A stretch of DNA of 64,000 bases from Abditibacterium sp. GTDB taxonomy: Bacteria; Armatimonadota; Abditibacteriia; Abditibacteriales; Abditibacteriaceae. The stretch covers positions 288,001 through 352,000 of the forward strand of contig CBDASK010000003.1 in assembly GCA_965199495.1 (NCBI GenBank), written 5' to 3'. A program made the position numbers and the translations under genes. Numbering within the stretch: position 1 is the first letter of the stretch; each line of letters opens with the position of its first letter. This document shows, one piece after another, positions 1-13,009 of this stretch. The notes beneath the pieces are model-generated. The model was not told the origin of the DNA and searched no databases. It saw nothing but the letters and a program-made list of their open reading frames with translations.

Positions 1-602
<602 letters not shown>

Positions 603-604
603 CA

Positions 605-937
605 TTAGTTTTTCTCCAACTGGATTTCCCCGGATTGTTCTTCTCGTTTCGTTCCGATAATTGCGCTCCACGCCAATCCCAAAGCCGCGCCCGCAACAAC
701 GGCAAACGCCGCTTCGCCCAACAGCAGCCACAGCGAGTCCATGCCGAATTTCGCGGTTAAAACTCCGTGGATTTGCCACAAAACGTAGACGAGCGGCCCG
801 CCCAGCGCGGCGACTAAACCGCGCGCGCGCGCCGCGACAAATCCCCAAATCGCGCCGATAAGTGTCAGGGCAATCGCCGTAGCTATCACTAAAATTTGCG
901 ATTGCGCGGGCGTAATCAGTTCTTGCAGTTGAGACAT
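605..937 (-). CDS. Small membrane protein (110 aa, about 3 hydrophobic segments)
   Basis: Start moved to MSQLQELITP, downstream of the promoter at 1009-1038. The longer ORF call overlaps the kinase gene. Confidence 0.7.
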   Translation of the reverse strand: MSQLQELITPAQSQILVIATAIALTLIGAIWGFVAARARGLVAALGGPLVYVLWQIHGVLTAKFGMDSLWLLLGEAAFAVVAGAALGLAWSAIIGTKREEQSGEIQLEKN

Positions 938-1008
938 CGGGAGCGCAACAAAAAGCCCGCGTCCACAACCGAACGGGGCCACATCGAGAAAAGGAAATGC
1001 GAGGGTGC

Positions 1009-1038
1009 AGTCTAAAGGCGCGCTGGGCGCAATGTCAA
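1009..1038 (-). promoter_or_regulatory. sigma70 promoter TTGACA-N18-TAGACT
   Basis: Consensus -35 and near-consensus -10 upstream of the membrane gene and ilvC. Confidence 0.65.
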
Positions 1039-1135
1039 CTTTGAAAGTGGACATTTCCCACAATTCAAATCTATCGCTCGCCTTGAATCCATATCTCTGG
1101 CTAAACTCACGCGCGCATTTAACGGGATTTCGCAA

Positions 1136-4100
1136 ATGAATATTCTGGCTGGCTGCCGTGTGCTGGAAACGCTGCACGAAGATCCGAAAACGGGGATTTA
1201 CCGCGCTCTGCGCAATACCGAAAACGGCGAACAACGCGTCGTCCTCAAAACTTTGCGCGCCGCGCATCCGCCGCTCGAAGATGTCGCGCAACTGCGCCAC
1301 GAGTTTCAGATCGCGCGCAATTTGCCGCTCGACGGCGTTTTGCAGCCGCTCGATTTGTTACAGCACGAAAATAGTTTCGTGCTGCTGCTCGAAGATTTCG
1401 ATGGCGTTTCGCTCCACCAATATCTCAAAAAACACGCGCCAGACGGACTCAGTCTCGACGGGTTTTTCCCGCTCGCGCTCAACTTGGCCGAAACCATCGG
1501 TCAAGTTCACGCGCACGGCGTGATTCATAAAGATATTAAACCCGACAATATCTTTGTCAACGCGCAAACCGGGCAGTTGAAATTGGGCGATTTCGGCATC
1601 GCCTCGCAGTTGGCCAGCGAAACGCCCGTCGCCCAGAGCTTGCGCCAGATGCAGGGCACGCTCGCCTATATGTCGCCCGAACAGACCGGGCGCATGAATC
1701 AGCCCTTGGACTATCGCAGCGATTTTTATTCTCTCGGCGTCACGTTTTACCAAATGCTGACGGGCCGCTTGCCTTTTGAGTCGGACGACGCGATGGAATT
1801 GGTTCACGCGCATCTGGCCCGCACACCAGCCACGCCGCCCGATGTTGCGCCGATGCTGAGCGCAATCGTCCTGAAATTGCTCGCCAAAACAGCCAATGAA
1901 CGTTATCAAAGCGCCGCCGGACTGCGCGCCGATTTGGAGGAGTGCCGCGCGCAGTGGACAAGTAACCAAACAATCGAACCATTTAAATTGGCGCGCTTTG
2001 ATCGCTCCGACGAACTGCATATTTCGACGCGCATTTATGGGCGCGACGCTGAAATCGCCATTTTGCTGGACGCCTTCGAGAGCGCGGCGCGTGGCGCGCG
2101 CGAACTGGTGATGGTCGCGGGCTATTCGGGCATCGGCAAAACTTCGGTTGTCGGCGAAATTCATAAACCGATTGTGGCACGGCGCGGCTGGTTCGCGCAG
2201 GGCAAATTCGACCAGTTCCGCCGCGACTCGCCTTACACGGCTTTGATTCAGGCGTTTCGCGAATTGATTCGGCAAGTGCTGACCGAAAGCGAGGAACAGT
2301 TGGTGCGCTTCAAAGCCGAATTGCTCGAAGCGTTGGGGGCAAACGGCCAACTGCTCATCGAAGTTATCCCTGAAATCGAACTAATTACCGGGCCGCAACC
2401 GCCGGTGGCTGCATTAGGGCCGCAGGAATCGCTCAATCGCTTCAACTTTGTTTTGGGCCAGTTCGTGCGCGTGTGGGCGCAAGAACAGCATCCGTTGGTT
2501 TTGTTCCTCGACGATTTGCAATGGGCGTCCGACGCGTCGCTGCGACTTTTGCAATCGCTAATCACTGACCGGCAATCGCATCATTTGTTGATCGTCGGCG
2601 CCTACCGCGACAACGAGGTTTCGGCCTCGCATCCGCTCGTTCTGACGCTCGATGAAATTCGCGAAAGCGGCTTGTCGCCACGCGAAATCACGTTGGGGCC
2701 GCTCCCACCGCAGTGCATCGAACAGTTGGTCGAGGACAGCCTACACTGCTCGCCCGAACAATCGAAACCGTTGGCGGCGCTACTGGAGCAGCGCACGCAG
2801 GGCAATCCGTTTTTTCTCAATCAACTGCTCAAATCATGGTATGAGAACAAGTTAATCGTCAGCATAAATGGGCGTTGGAGTTGGGATTTGGAAGTTTTGG
2901 GCGCGCTGAACCTCATCGGCGATGTCGTCGAATTGATGGTTGGCAAAATCCAGACTTTGCCCGCCGCGACGCAGGAAGTGACGAAGCTGGCGGCGTGCAT
3001 CGGCAACCGTTTCGACGCGCGCACCCTGGCGACGGTGCGCGAGACCGAGGCCGCGCAGGTCGCCGCCGATTTGTGGGACGCGCTGCGCGCCGGATTGATT
3101 TCGCCTCTGGGTGGCAATTATCAAAGCGCGCAATTGGCCGACGAATCGAACGTCGCTTATAAGTTTCTGCACGACCGAGTGCAACAGGCGGCTTATTCGC
3201 TGGTGAGCGACGACGAGCGCGGTGCCCTTCATCTCCAAATCGGGCGTTTGCTGTTGGCCGACGCAGCCACGCGCGACGAGCGATTGTTCGATATCGTCGG
3301 ACATCTCAACGAGGCGCGCGCGCTGATAACCGACGGCGACGAACGGCACAACGTCGTGCGCTTGAACTTGGAAGCGGGCCTCAAAGCCAAAGAAAGCGCC
3401 GCTTATGGCGCGGCCATCCGTTATTTCGCCATCGCGCAGGAAATCGCGCCCGCGATGTTGTGGCAAAGCGATTACGCTCTGATGTTCCAAATGGCGCGCG
3501 AGCGTTCGCAGTGCGAGTATTTGGAAGGCCATTTCGAGCAGGCCGAAGCGCAGTTTGAACTCGCCTTGAAGCACGCGCGCAATACGTTGGATCGAGCGGC
3601 GATTGAGACGATTCGCGTCAGTCTTTACACGACACGCAACGATTACGAGCGGGCGATTGCAGTGGGATTGGAGGGACTGGCGGCGCTGGGATTGCGTCTG
3701 CCACCCGATCCCACTCAGATGGCGGTGATGCGAGCATTACTCACGGCCAAGTGGCTTCAGGGACGCCGCGCCATTCCTGACATTATAAATCTTCCGCAGT
3801 TGCAAGACGCGCGGATGCTGGCCCAAATGGAACTGCTGTCTTCGATGACACCAGCGCTTTATCTCAATAATAGTCAGGGTCTCTTCGCGCTGACGAACTT
3901 AGTTATCGTCAATATTTCTTTGCGACACGGCAACGCGTTGTGGTCGGCTCACGGCTACTCGCTTTATGGCGTGTTGCTGGCTTCGGCGCTGGGCGATGCC
4001 AAAAAGGGCATTGCGTTCGGCGAAATGGCGATGCGACTTTCCGATCAATTCGATGGCGTCGCCGAACGTTGCAAGGCGCATTTCTCGACGGCGTGTTACC

Positions 4101-6478
4101 TACTCCACCATCACCGTCCCTTACGTGAAACCAACGCTCCCTTGGAAGAATGCTACCGTTTGGGAATTGAAGCGGGCAACACGGTTTACGCGGGTTACTC
4201 TTTGATGAATGCGTCTTCTCATATCTCGTTGCAGGGCACGAATTTAGAAAGCGCGGATGAAGAATTTGAAAAGTATCTGCCGTTTTTACGCGAAGCAAAC
4301 GACGCCGATCAGATCATGATGACGCTCATCAGTCAGCAGATGGGACGCAATCTGCGCGGATTGACCGAAAATCAGGGTTCTTTGAGTAGCGACGACTATG
4401 ATGAAGCTGCGGTTGTCGCCGCGATAGCAGCCGGCAAACACGCGCCCTCGACTGAGTGTTGGTATTACATCACTAAAGCGCGCCAGCATTATTTCTGGGG
4501 CGAATATCCCGCCGCGCTCGCAATGGCGCGTGAGGCGCAGCGCTTGAGTTCCGCATTGCTGGCGACGCCCTACATACCGGAGCTGAATTTTTTCCACTCA
4601 CTGACGTTGGCCGCGCTTTACTCCGACGCCGACGAAAAAGAGCGGGTAAGATTTTGGAAGCAGTTGCGCAAAAACCAGATTCAGATGGAAAAGTGGGCGG
4701 CCAACTCGCCCGCAAATTATCGGCATAAATACCTGCTCGTCAAAGCCGAAATGAACCGGCTCAAAGGCTGCGACAGCGAAGCCGCCGCATTGTATGACGC
4801 CGCGATTCGCGCCGCGCGCGACGCCGAATATACGCAGAACGAAGCCCTCGCCAACGAACTCGCCGCGCGCTTTTACCAATCGCACGACCGCAAGACGCTG
4901 GCAAGTTCTTACTTTGATGAGGCGCGCTATCTCTACGCAAAGTGGGGCGCCCATGCCAAAGTCGCGGCGCTCGATGCAGCCACGTCGCCCGACATTGCGC
5001 CGCAATCGCTCAACCCACAACGCACAACGGGCGGTGCGAACGTAGATAAATCGTCTCAACTCGATTTGTCCACGGTCATCAAAGCCTCGCAAGCGATTTC
5101 AGGCGAGATTGATCTGGGCCGCTTGCTGCAACAACTTTTGCGATTTGCTTTAGAAAACGCCGGAGCCACGCGCGGCGCGCTGATTTTGCGCCGCGACAAT
5201 CAATTTTTCGTCGAAGCCGTCGGCGCCAGCGAAGAAACCGAGATGGCTTTGCCGTCGCAGCCGCTCGAAGAATGCGGAAATTATCTGCCGCTTTCGGTTG
5301 TGCAGTTCGTGGCGCGCACGCGCGAAAACGTGATGCTCAACGACACGGCGCATCAGAAAATTTTCGCGGGCGATCCGTATCTGGCCAAGCGCGATATCAA
5401 ATCGCTATTGTGCGCGCCGATTGTGCATCAAACCAAACTCAACGGCCTGATTTATCTGGAAAACCATCTGGTCGCGGGCGCCTTCACGCCGCAGCGATTG
5501 GAAGTTTTGGGCGTGCTGTCGGCCCAAGCCGCGATTTCGCTGCAAAACGCGCGCTTGTATGAACAGCTCATGGATTACAGCCTGACGCTCAAACAACGCG
5601 TGGCCGAACGCACCGCCGAGTTAAGCGCCAAAAATGGCGAGTTGGAGGACACGTTGCGCGAACTTCAACAGATGCAAGAGCGAATTATTGTGCAGGAAAA
5701 AATGGCGTCTTTGGGCGCGTTGACGGCGGGCATCGCGCACGAAATCAAAAATCCGCTCAACTTCGTTAATAATTTCGCCCTGCTTTCGGTGGATTTGGCG
5801 GGCGAACTGCGCGAAGAAACCGACAAATTGATGGCCGATGCGGACGACGAAACGCGCGCTTATCTGGGCGAAATCTTGGACGATTTGCAGGGCAACGCGC
5901 GCAAAATCAGCGAACACGGCAAGCGCGCCGATAGCATCGTGCGCGGAATGCTGTTGCACTCGCGCGGCCAAGTCGGCGCGCCGGAACCGACCGACATCAA
6001 TGCCCTCGTTCACGAAGCCGTGCAGTTGGCCTATCACGGCCAACGCGCCCACGATTCGAGTTTCAATATTTCCATCGAAGAAAATTATGACGAGAATATC
6101 GGGAAAGTCAAAGTTTTGCCGCACGAAATTAGCCGCGTGATTTTGAATTTGGCCAACAACGCCTGTTATGCGGCTGGCAAAAAAGCCGAGCGTCTGCGCG
6201 GCGCAGGCGACACCGCGTTCGCGCCGACGATGCGGGCGACAACGCGCATGATCGGCGAGAACGTGGAAATTCGCGTGAGCGATAATGGCGACGGCATTCC
6301 CGATGAGGCGCGCAAAAATATCTTCACGCCGTTTTTCACCACCAAGCCGACGGGCGAAGGCACGGGACTGGGCCTTTCGATGAGCTACGAAATCGTAGTG
6401 CAACAGCACGGCGGGCAAATGAGATTCGAGAGTTCGGTTGACGCGGGCACTGTATTCATCATACAATTGCCGTGCTAA
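1136..6478 (+). CDS. Ser/Thr kinase - AAA ATPase - GAF - histidine kinase fusion (1780 aa)
   Basis: HKDIKPDN and DFG kinase motifs, Walker [20 protein letters not shown] region (LIYLEN), H-box [11 protein letters not shown]-boxes DNGDG and GTGLGL. Confidence 0.95.
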   Translation: MNILAGCRVLETLHEDPKTGIYRALRNTENGEQRVVLKTLRAAHPPLEDVAQLRHEFQIARNLPLDGVLQPLDLLQHENSFVLLLEDFDGVSLHQYLKKHAPDGLSLDGFFPLALNLAETIGQVHAHGVIHKDIKPDNIFVNAQTGQLKLGDFGIASQLASETPVAQSLRQMQGTLAYMSPEQTGRMNQPLDYRSDFYSLGVTFYQMLTGRLPFESDDAMELVHAHLARTPATPPDVAPMLSAIVLKLLAKTANERYQSAAGLRADLEECRAQWTSNQTIEPFKLARFDRSDELHISTRIYGRDAEIAILLDAFESAARGARELVMVAGYSGIGKTSVVGEIHKPIVARRGWFAQGKFDQFRRDSPYTALIQAFRELIRQVLTESEEQLVRFKAELLEALGANGQLLIEVIPEIELITGPQPPVAALGPQESLNRFNFVLGQFVRVWAQEQHPLVLFLDDLQWASDASLRLLQSLITDRQSHHLLIVGAYRDNEVSASHPLVLTLDEIRESGLSPREITLGPLPPQCIEQLVEDSLHCSPEQSKPLAALLEQRTQGNPFFLNQLLKSWYENKLIVSINGRWSWDLEVLGALNLIGDVVELMVGKIQTLPAATQEVTKLAACIGNRFDARTLATVRETEAAQVAADLWDALRAGLISPLGGNYQSAQLADESNVAYKFLHDRVQQAAYSLVSDDERGALHLQIGRLLLADAATRDERLFDIVGHLNEARALITDGDERHNVVRLNLEAGLKAKESAAYGAAIRYFAIAQEIAPAMLWQSDYALMFQMARERSQCEYLEGHFEQAEAQFELALKHARNTLDRAAIETIRVSLYTTRNDYERAIAVGLEGLAALGLRLPPDPTQMAVMRALLTAKWLQGRRAIPDIINLPQLQDARMLAQMELLSSMTPALYLNNSQGLFALTNLVIVNISLRHGNALWSAHGYSLYGVLLASALGDAKKGIAFGEMAMRLSDQFDGVAERCKAHFSTACYLLHHHRPLRETNAPLEECYRLGIEAGNTVYAGYSLMNASSHISLQGTNLESADEEFEKYLPFLREANDADQIMMTLISQQMGRNLRGLTENQGSLSSDDYDEAAVVAAIAAGKHAPSTECWYYITKARQHYFWGEYPAALAMAREAQRLSSALLATPYIPELNFFHSLTLAALYSDADEKERVRFWKQLRKNQIQMEKWAANSPANYRHKYLLVKAEMNRLKGCDSEAAALYDAAIRAARDAEYTQNEALANELAARFYQSHDRKTLASSYFDEARYLYAKWGAHAKVAALDAATSPDIAPQSLNPQRTTGGANVDKSSQLDLSTVIKASQAISGEIDLGRLLQQLLRFALENAGATRGALILRRDNQFFVEAVGASEETEMALPSQPLEECGNYLPLSVVQFVARTRENVMLNDTAHQKIFAGDPYLAKRDIKSLLCAPIVHQTKLNGLIYLENHLVAGAFTPQRLEVLGVLSAQAAISLQNARLYEQLMDYSLTLKQRVAERTAELSAKNGELEDTLRELQQMQERIIVQEKMASLGALTAGIAHEIKNPLNFVNNFALLSVDLAGELREETDKLMADADDETRAYLGEILDDLQGNARKISEHGKRADSIVRGMLLHSRGQVGAPEPTDINALVHEAVQLAYHGQRAHDSSFNISIEENYDENIGKVKVLPHEISRVILNLANNACYAAGKKAERLRGAGDTAFAPTMRATTRMIGENVEIRVSDNGDGIPDEARKNIFTPFFTTKPTGEGTGLGLSMSYEIVVQQHGGQMRFESSVDAGTVFIIQLPC

Positions 6479-6539
6479 TTAAATTTAGTTTGTAACAACT
6501 TTAATTTTCTATCGCCAAATTGGCGACGGAAACGAAAAT

Positions 6540-8285
6540 ATGTCCCACAAAATTATAATCTTGGGCGGCGGCGTGGCTGGTATGAGTGCCGCGCACGAAT
6601 TGGCCGAGCGCGGCTTTGAAGTCGAAGTTTTCGAGCAAAACACGGTCGCTGGCGGCAAGGCGCGCAGCGTCGAAGTGCCGGGCACCGCGCAAGACGGGCG
6701 GCCCGGTTATCCGGGCGAACACGGTTTTCGCTTTTTCCCGCGCTTTTATAAGCACGTCACCGACACGATGAAGCGCATTCCGTTCGGCGATGGCGGCGCC
6801 AGCGTTTATCACAATTTGGTCGGCACCAGCCGCATCGAAATGGCGCGTTTCGATTTGCCACCGTTCACCATGAGCGCGCGTTTTCCGCAGAGTCTGGAAG
6901 ATTTTCTGCTAATTATTCACAACACTTTCGGCGATAGTCTGGGCGTGAGCAAAGACGACCGCGAATTTTTCGCCGCGCGCGTCTGGCAAATTCTCTCCAG
7001 TTGCCAGCAGCGCCGCGACGACGAATACGAAAAAATAGATTGGTGGAAATTCATCGAAGCCGACACGCGGAGCGAAGCCTATCAACACGTTTTCGGGTAT
7101 GGTCTGACGCGCTCGCTCGTGGCTTCTAAGGCGAATTTGGCTTCGACCAAAACCGTCGGCGATATTTTGGTGCAACTGCTTTTTGATGCGCTCGAACCGG
7201 GCATTTCCAGCGACCGCGTTTTAAACGGCCCGACCAACGATGTCTGGATCGAGCCGTGGATGAAGCATCTCGAATCAATGGGCGTGAAGTATCATCGCGG
7301 CGCCAAAGTCGTGGGCATGAGCATCGAAGGAAATCAAATTACCGGCGCGACAATCGAGAAAAATGGCGAGAAATTGGAAGTCGCGGGCGATTATTTTATT
7401 GCGGCGTTTCCCGTCGAAGTGATGGCGCAGTTCATCCGCGAGACGCCCGCGCTGAACGACAATCCGAATTTTGCCAGCATCGTCAAGCTGGGCTGTAACG
7501 TGGCCTGGATGAACGGCGCGCAGTTTTACTTGCGGAGCGATGTGCCGATTTGCAACGGCCACGTCATCTACATTGATGCGCCGTGGGCGTTGACTTCGGT
7601 TTCGCAGCACCAGTTTTGGCCCGATGTGGACTTGAGCCAATACGGCGACGGCAAAGTCAAAGGCATTTTGTCGGTTGATATTTCCGAGTGGGGCGAGCCG
7701 GGTTTAAACGGCAAAGCTGCGCGCGACTGCACACGCGAAGAAATCAAAGCCGAAGTCTGGGCGCAACTTCAACGCAGCCTAAACACCGATGGGCAAATGG
7801 TTTTGCGCGACGAAGATTTGCACGATTGGAGTTTGGACAGCGACATCGTGTTCGACGAAGAACACGCGCAGGGCGAATTGGCCTGTCACGCGGCGCAGAC
7901 GTTGAGCGCGCAGACTTCGAGCAACAAAACCAAAAATCGCGAGCCGTTGCTGGTAAATTTGATTAATACGTGGCAACTGCGACCCAAGGCGCACACGGCG
8001 ATTGAGAATTTGTATCTGGCTTCGGATTACGTGCAGACTTTCACCGACTTGGCGACGATGGAAGGCGCCAACGAAGCCGCGCGCCGCGCGACCAACGCCA
8101 TCATTGACGCGGCGGGCGTGGCTGTTGCGCCGTGTACATTGTGGCAGTTGCATGAGCCGGATGTTTTGATCCCGTTTCGCGCCTACGATTGGGCGCGCTA
8201 CAAGTTAGGGTTGCCGTGGCAAAAGCCGCTGGGCGCGAGCGCGAAAACGTTGGATACGCTGGAAGAGCTGAAAGAAATTTTGTAG
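6540..8285 (+). CDS. FAD-dependent oxidoreductase, carotenoid desaturase/HpnE-like family
   Basis: GGGVAG Rossmann motif, GGKARS, GEHGFRFFP, C-terminal LYLASDYV and ATMEGA. Confidence 0.8.
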   Translation: MSHKIIILGGGVAGMSAAHELAERGFEVEVFEQNTVAGGKARSVEVPGTAQDGRPGYPGEHGFRFFPRFYKHVTDTMKRIPFGDGGASVYHNLVGTSRIEMARFDLPPFTMSARFPQSLEDFLLIIHNTFGDSLGVSKDDREFFAARVWQILSSCQQRRDDEYEKIDWWKFIEADTRSEAYQHVFGYGLTRSLVASKANLASTKTVGDILVQLLFDALEPGISSDRVLNGPTNDVWIEPWMKHLESMGVKYHRGAKVVGMSIEGNQITGATIEKNGEKLEVAGDYFIAAFPVEVMAQFIRETPALNDNPNFASIVKLGCNVAWMNGAQFYLRSDVPICNGHVIYIDAPWALTSVSQHQFWPDVDLSQYGDGKVKGILSVDISEWGEPGLNGKAARDCTREEIKAEVWAQLQRSLNTDGQMVLRDEDLHDWSLDSDIVFDEEHAQGELACHAAQTLSAQTSSNKTKNREPLLVNLINTWQLRPKAHTAIENLYLASDYVQTFTDLATMEGANEAARRATNAIIDAAGVAVAPCTLWQLHEPDVLIPFRAYDWARYKLGLPWQKPLGASAKTLDTLEELKEIL

Positions 8286-8403
8286 AATCGCGGATTTTTC
8301 GTCAAACTTACGCGGACAAGTAACTGGCCCCGATTTTTGGAAAGGGGCAACCATTTAACAATCGTGCGAGCGGGCTATCAGTTTTGAAGCAAAGTAGCAT
8401 CTT

Positions 8404-9579
8404 ATGTCGAACAAAATTTTGATCGTTGATGACGAGCCGGACTTGGAAGTACTGATGCGCCAACGGTTTCGGCGCTCGATTCGCAGTGGCGAATACGAGT
8501 TTTTGTTCGCCCACAACGGCATCGAAGCGCTGAAAAAACTGCGCGAAAACTGGGACATCGCCGTGATGCTGACCGACATCAATATGCCGCACATGGACGG
8601 TTTGACGTTGCTCGCTGAACTGGAAAAATTCAACGAGGAAGCGGGACATTTGACTAAAGCGGTTGTCGTATCGGCCTATGGCGACATGGAAAATATTCGC
8701 ACCGCGATGAATCGGGGCGCCTTTGATTTTCTGACCAAGCCGATTGATTTTCAGGACGTGGAAATCACCATCAACAAAACGCTCGATTTCGTTCATCAAA
8801 TCAAAGAAAGCCAGCGCGCCGAAGAATATCGCATCGCCAAAATTGTCGCCGAAGAGAATTACGCGAAGCTTCAAGAACTCGAATTACTGCGCGACAGTCT
8901 GGTTCACATGATCGTCCACGATTTGCGCACGCCCCTGACGGGCGTCATTGGGGCAATACAACTGCTGGAAATGGGAACGGCTGGCGAGTTGAACGAGTTG
9001 CAGGCCGAAGTCGTGGAAATGTCACTTTATAGCGCGCAAACGTTGCTCGATATGATCAACGATTTGCTGGGCATCAGCAAAATGGAGAGCGGCACACTGA
9101 CAATTCAGCCCGCCGCAATTCACTCGCACGAAGTCGCACAAAAGGCGCTAAATCAGGTGCGCGCGCTGGCATCGGGCAAAGAGGTCGAACTGCACGATGA
9201 GTTCGCCAGCGATTTACCGATGTTGCTGGCCGACGCCGAAATGCTCTGTCGCATTCTGGTGAATTTGGTGGGTAACGCCATCAAATTTACGCCTTACAAA
9301 GGCCGCGTTAAATTAACCATCGCGCTCGACGCGAGTGGCACCAACCTCCATTTCGCGATTCAAGACAGTGGCATCGGCATTCCACCCGAAGCCTTCGAGC
9401 GTATTTTCGACAAATTCGGCCAAGTCGAGGCCCAATCGGGCGCGCGCACTTCGACCGGTCTGGGCCTCACCTTTTGCAAAATGGCGGTCGAAGCGCACGG
9501 CGGGCGCATCTGGGTCGAAAGCACGGTTGACAAGGGCAGCACTTTTAGTTTCGTGCTGCCAATTGGATCGAGCGCGTGA
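8404..9579 (+). CDS. Hybrid response regulator / histidine kinase
   Basis: N-terminal receiver (IVDDE, TDINMP), H-box VHDLRTPL, HATPase NAIKF and GLGL. Confidence 0.93.
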   Translation: MSNKILIVDDEPDLEVLMRQRFRRSIRSGEYEFLFAHNGIEALKKLRENWDIAVMLTDINMPHMDGLTLLAELEKFNEEAGHLTKAVVVSAYGDMENIRTAMNRGAFDFLTKPIDFQDVEITINKTLDFVHQIKESQRAEEYRIAKIVAEENYAKLQELELLRDSLVHMIVHDLRTPLTGVIGAIQLLEMGTAGELNELQAEVVEMSLYSAQTLLDMINDLLGISKMESGTLTIQPAAIHSHEVAQKALNQVRALASGKEVELHDEFASDLPMLLADAEMLCRILVNLVGNAIKFTPYKGRVKLTIALDASGTNLHFAIQDSGIGIPPEAFERIFDKFGQVEAQSGARTSTGLGLTFCKMAVEAHGGRIWVESTVDKGSTFSFVLPIGSSA

Positions 9580-9600
9580 ATCGAACGCGAAATCTATTTT

Positions 9601-9708
9601 CGTAGCTTAAAAGCTACGGCAGAGGGCTGGCGCCGAACGTGCTTCGCACTGGAAATAAGTGCGAAGCACGTTCGGCGCCAGCCCTCTGCCGTAGGCTTTA
9701 GCCTACGA
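9601..9708. repeat. Cruciform palindromic element with a 37-bp perfect stem flanked by GTAG/CTAC mini-hairpins
   Basis: 9614-9650 is the exact reverse complement of 9658-9694. Flanks are CGTAGCTTAAAAGCTACG and CGTAGGCTTTAGCCTACG. Confidence 0.85.
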
Positions 9709-9757
9709 ACTGCGTAATTCCTAATTATCGGACGCGATCAATCGGCGTCTCTACGAT

Positions 9758-10596
9758 TCACGCTCGCCGCAACGTAAACACTGCGATTTCGGGCCGCACG
9801 CCCAAACGCATCGGCACGCCGATTGTGCCCGCGCCGGTCGAAACGTAAAGTTTGGCGTCACCAACGCAATACCAGCCACGTTGAAGGAACGATTGGCCCG
9901 CATCAACTGGCGATATCCGAAAACGCGCGGGCAAAGCGACTTGTCCGCCGTGCGTATGTCCGCTCAAAATCAGAGCGTTGCGATTACGCACAATAACGCT
10001 AATCGTGGATTGTGACTGAGAATAAGGTGCGCTTCATCGGGCGATACGCCCGCCGTGGCTGCATGAAGGTTGGGGAAACCGGCGCGCAAATCGTCAGCGC
10101 CAATTATCGGCAAACCGTTGGGCAAACGCGTATTTTTATTCAAAAGTGAAACGACGTTGGCGAGCGCCAGAATGTCGGCGATGGGGCCGAAATCTCCATT
10201 CCACAAATCGTGATTGCCCGGCACGGCGTAAATACCAAGTTGCGGATTTAAAATTTCGAGTTCACACGCTAAATCAGCGGCGTAGTCCGTGACAGTGCGC
10301 GCCAATTTGCGCAGGCCCGGCGGATAGGAATTGCGACGTGTGACGACATCGCCGGTTAAAACGACGGCATCGGTGTTTTGTGACGCGCAGAGTTTTATAA
10401 TGCGGCGAATAAGCGCGCCTGGCATCCATAAACCGGCGTGAATATCGGAAATTTGAGCGACGCGTAAACCGTCGCATTCCGTTGGTAGATTGGGCAGCTC
10501 GACATCGAATTTGCGCACAGCCACGCGCCACGGTTCGGCGAGCGCGTAGGCGAATGTTGCGGCGGCGGCGTATTTTATTAACTGCAACGTGGGCAT
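9758..10596 (-). pseudogene. YkuE/YaeI-like metallophosphoesterase split by a frameshift near 9990
   Basis: SDIH, GD, GNHD and SHNP motifs in ORF 9970-10596; SGHTHGGQ and RPEI in overlapping ORF 9758-9991. Confidence 0.8.
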
Positions 10597-10605
10597 AACG
10601 TTTTA

Positions 10606-10789
10606 GCCCCCTCCCCAACCCTCCCCCGTGCCGGGAGAGGGAGCTATCTCTCGGTCGCCGAAATACTACTGAGTTTTCTTCAAAGTAGAAAAACGGCGCC
10701 GTCCCATAATGTTCAAGCAAGTTGCGATACCTAACAGCGGCCTTGACGTGGCTCCCTCTCCCGGCACGGGGGAGGGCTGGGGTGGGGGC
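10606..10789. repeat. BoxC-like inverted pair (39-bp arms, 2 mismatches)
   Basis: GCCCCCTCCCCAACCCTCCCCCGTGCCGGGAGAGGGAGC ... GCTCCCTCTCCCGGCACGGGGGAGGGCTGGGGTGGGGGC; related to 43935-44181. Confidence 0.8.
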
Positions 10790-10808
10790 AAACCTCATGC
10801 TCACTTCA

Positions 10809-11513
10809 TCATTTACAAGCCGCTTTAAAGGCCTCGAACAATCGTTGCGTCGCATTCGATTCCGGCGCGCGTTCGGGATGCCATTGCACACCCAACATCC
10901 ACTCTGGGCCGCTCCATTCGACGGCTTCTAAAACGCCATCGGGCGCGACTGCCGAAATTAATGCGTTTTCCGCCGGGCGAGAAATCGCCTGATGATGAAA
11001 CGATGGCACGTCAAATTCTTCTTCGCCGACGATTTTATAAAGTTTGGAATTGCGATCTAAACGAACGCTGTGAATGTTGCCATCGGCGTGTTCCAATTGC
11101 GGCGCACGATTGGGCAATTGCAAATCAATGTCTTGAATCAAAGCGCCGCCGCGATAAACGTTGAGAAATTGCGCGCCGTAACAGATGCCCAGAACCGGTT
11201 TATCGCGCGCCAAAAATTCGTCGCAGATTTCGCGCTCGAATTTGGGACGGACATCGGAAACTAAATCTAATCCAGCGCCTTCGAGCGGCGTTTCGCCATA
11301 CCAATCGGGGGGCAAATCGGCGCCGCCCGCCAGAGCCACGCCGTCGAAGCTCTTGGCGGCGTGGCTGGCATTGGCGGCCCATTCATCGAGAAATAATAAC
11401 TCGATTTCCATGCCCGCGTTGCGAATCACGGCGCTATATTTTTCTAAGCGCCACAAATCTTTTTCATCGGAAGGCGGCGCTGGATAAGAAATCGTGAGGG
11501 CGATACGTTTCAT
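10809..11513 (-). CDS. Class I glutamine amidotransferase, peptidase C26/PuuD-like
   Basis: GGAD, LGICYGAQ nucleophile motif, SFHHQA, VQWHPE; start set at MKRIALT. Confidence 0.88.
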   Translation of the reverse strand: MKRIALTISYPAPPSDEKDLWRLEKYSAVIRNAGMEIELLFLDEWAANASHAAKSFDGVALAGGADLPPDWYGETPLEGAGLDLVSDVRPKFEREICDEFLARDKPVLGICYGAQFLNVYRGGALIQDIDLQLPNRAPQLEHADGNIHSVRLDRNSKLYKIVGEEEFDVPSFHHQAISRPAENALISAVAPDGVLEAVEWSGPEWMLGVQWHPERAPESNATQRLFEAFKAACK

Positions 11514-11517
11514 TTCA

Positions 11518-11615
11518 AGGTGGCAGGTGACAGGTAGCAAGAGGGAGCAAGCTGATGGTATCGTTCTAAAACGAATGCGCTTCCACTTGCCACCTGTTAC
11601 TTGCCACCTGCCACC
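11518..11615. repeat. Inverted pair of degenerate heptamer tandem arrays (AGGTGGC)n / (GCCACCT)n
   Basis: AGGTGGC AGGTGAC AGGTAGC ... GCCACCT GTTACTT GCCACCT GCCACC downstream of ftsZ. Confidence 0.75.
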
Positions 11616-11618
11616 CCG

Positions 11619-12740
11619 TTACTGTCCACGACGCAAGAACGACGGCACGTCAATATCCACGTTCTGTCCGCCTGCGCCTCCGCGATTACCGGCATTGCCG
11701 CCCATCGAGTTAATGGCGCCCGAAGGCGTTTTGGGAAATGGCATCGAAGCGGGCAAATTGCCGTGTCCGTTGTCATAGCCGGTCGCGACGACCGTCACGC
11801 GAAGTTCGTTTTCCATCGAAGGATTGAAGGCCAAGCCCCAGTAAACGTTGGTATCGGTGCCCGCCGCTTGGCGCACCATGTCCACGATTTCCTCGACTTC
11901 ACCGATGCCCAAATCGTCGCCCGCCGTGACGTTAATCAGCAGATTGCGCGCGCCAGAAATCGGGATTTCCAAGTAGGGCGAAGAAATCGCGGCGCTGGCC
12001 GCGTCGGTCGCGCGGTTTTCGCCGCTTCCCATGCCGATGCCCATCAAAGCCGGGCCAGCATCGCCCATGACACTTCTTACGTCTTGAAAGTCCAAATTGA
12101 CTTCGCCGGGAATCGTGATCAAATCCGAAATGCCCTGCACGCCCTGACGCAAAACGTCGTCGGCCTTGTCGAAAGCCTCGCGAATGCGGGCTTTGCGTTG
12201 CATGGTTTCGAGCAATTTGTCGTTGGGCACAACGATGAACGAATCCACCACGTTACGCAATTTCTCGACGCCATATTCGGCGTTGCTTTTGCGTTGCGGC
12301 CCCTCGAAATTAAACGGCTTGGTGACAACAGCCACCGTCAAGGCGCCCGATTGTTTGGCGACTTCGGCGATGACGGGCGCGGCGCCGGTTCCGGTGCCTC
12401 CGCCCATGCCAGCGGTCACGAAAACCAGATCGGCTTTGGCGATGGCGTCCACGATTTCGTCGCGCGATTCTTCGGCGCTACGGTGCCCAACTTCGGGGTT
12501 GCCGCCCGCGCCCAGACCCGACGTGACGCCGGTGCCGACCTGAATCTTCTGCTCGGCCTGCGAGGCGTCGAGCGCCTGTTTGTCGGTGTTAACGACGATA
12601 AATTCAACGCCGGTCAAACCGGCTTCGATCATGCGATTGACCGCGTTGGAGCCGCCGCCTCCAACACCGATGACCTTGATGACGGCTTGTCCACTGGGTC
12701 GCGATAGTGCCATTCCTGTAAGTTCTCCTGTTCCTTGCAT
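11619..12740 (-). CDS. ftsZ: Cell division protein FtsZ
   Basis: [26 protein letters not shown] tubulin signature, C-terminal DIDVPSFLR. Confidence 0.98.
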   Translation of the reverse strand: MQGTGELTGMALSRPSGQAVIKVIGVGGGGSNAVNRMIEAGLTGVEFIVVNTDKQALDASQAEQKIQVGTGVTSGLGAGGNPEVGHRSAEESRDEIVDAIAKADLVFVTAGMGGGTGTGAAPVIAEVAKQSGALTVAVVTKPFNFEGPQRKSNAEYGVEKLRNVVDSFIVVPNDKLLETMQRKARIREAFDKADDVLRQGVQGISDLITIPGEVNLDFQDVRSVMGDAGPALMGIGMGSGENRATDAASAAISSPYLEIPISGARNLLINVTAGDDLGIGEVEEIVDMVRQAAGTDTNVYWGLAFNPSMENELRVTVVATGYDNGHGNLPASMPFPKTPSGAINSMGGNAGNRGGAGGQNVDIDVPSFLRRGQ

Positions 12741-13009
12741 TCCTATGAATTAAGCCCATCTAAAATGAGCTTGAGATGAGAGGGTTTTCGCTCTTGAATT
12801 TATCGCAAACACGCGTTAGAGCGTCGCCGCAAACAATTTCAAAAGCCGCTTGCAATTTTACTTTAAATCCAAAAGCCGCGCGCAGTTTGCCCGCTTTTGG
12901 CACGTCGTGCCGCAAAATTTTTGGACAAAAGCCCAATTCAACGATTATAAAAGAATTTTTACGCGCGGAATCAGGGCACGGTCACAAGAATTCACGTTTT
13001 GTCGAAAAT

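Noticed and set aside
938..1300. N-terminal extension of ORF 605-1300
   Set aside because: Overlaps the kinase gene antisense and contains the promoter; ATG at 937 fits better
11601..12707. Long antisense ORFs (368 aa here; also 42369-43427, 54108-55316, 23669-24697 and others)
   Set aside because: Shadows of well-supported genes caused by codon bias
12895..12915. TTGGCACGTCGTGCC upstream of ftsZ as a sigma54 promoter
   Set aside because: No GC at the -12 position on either strand; only a short palindrome
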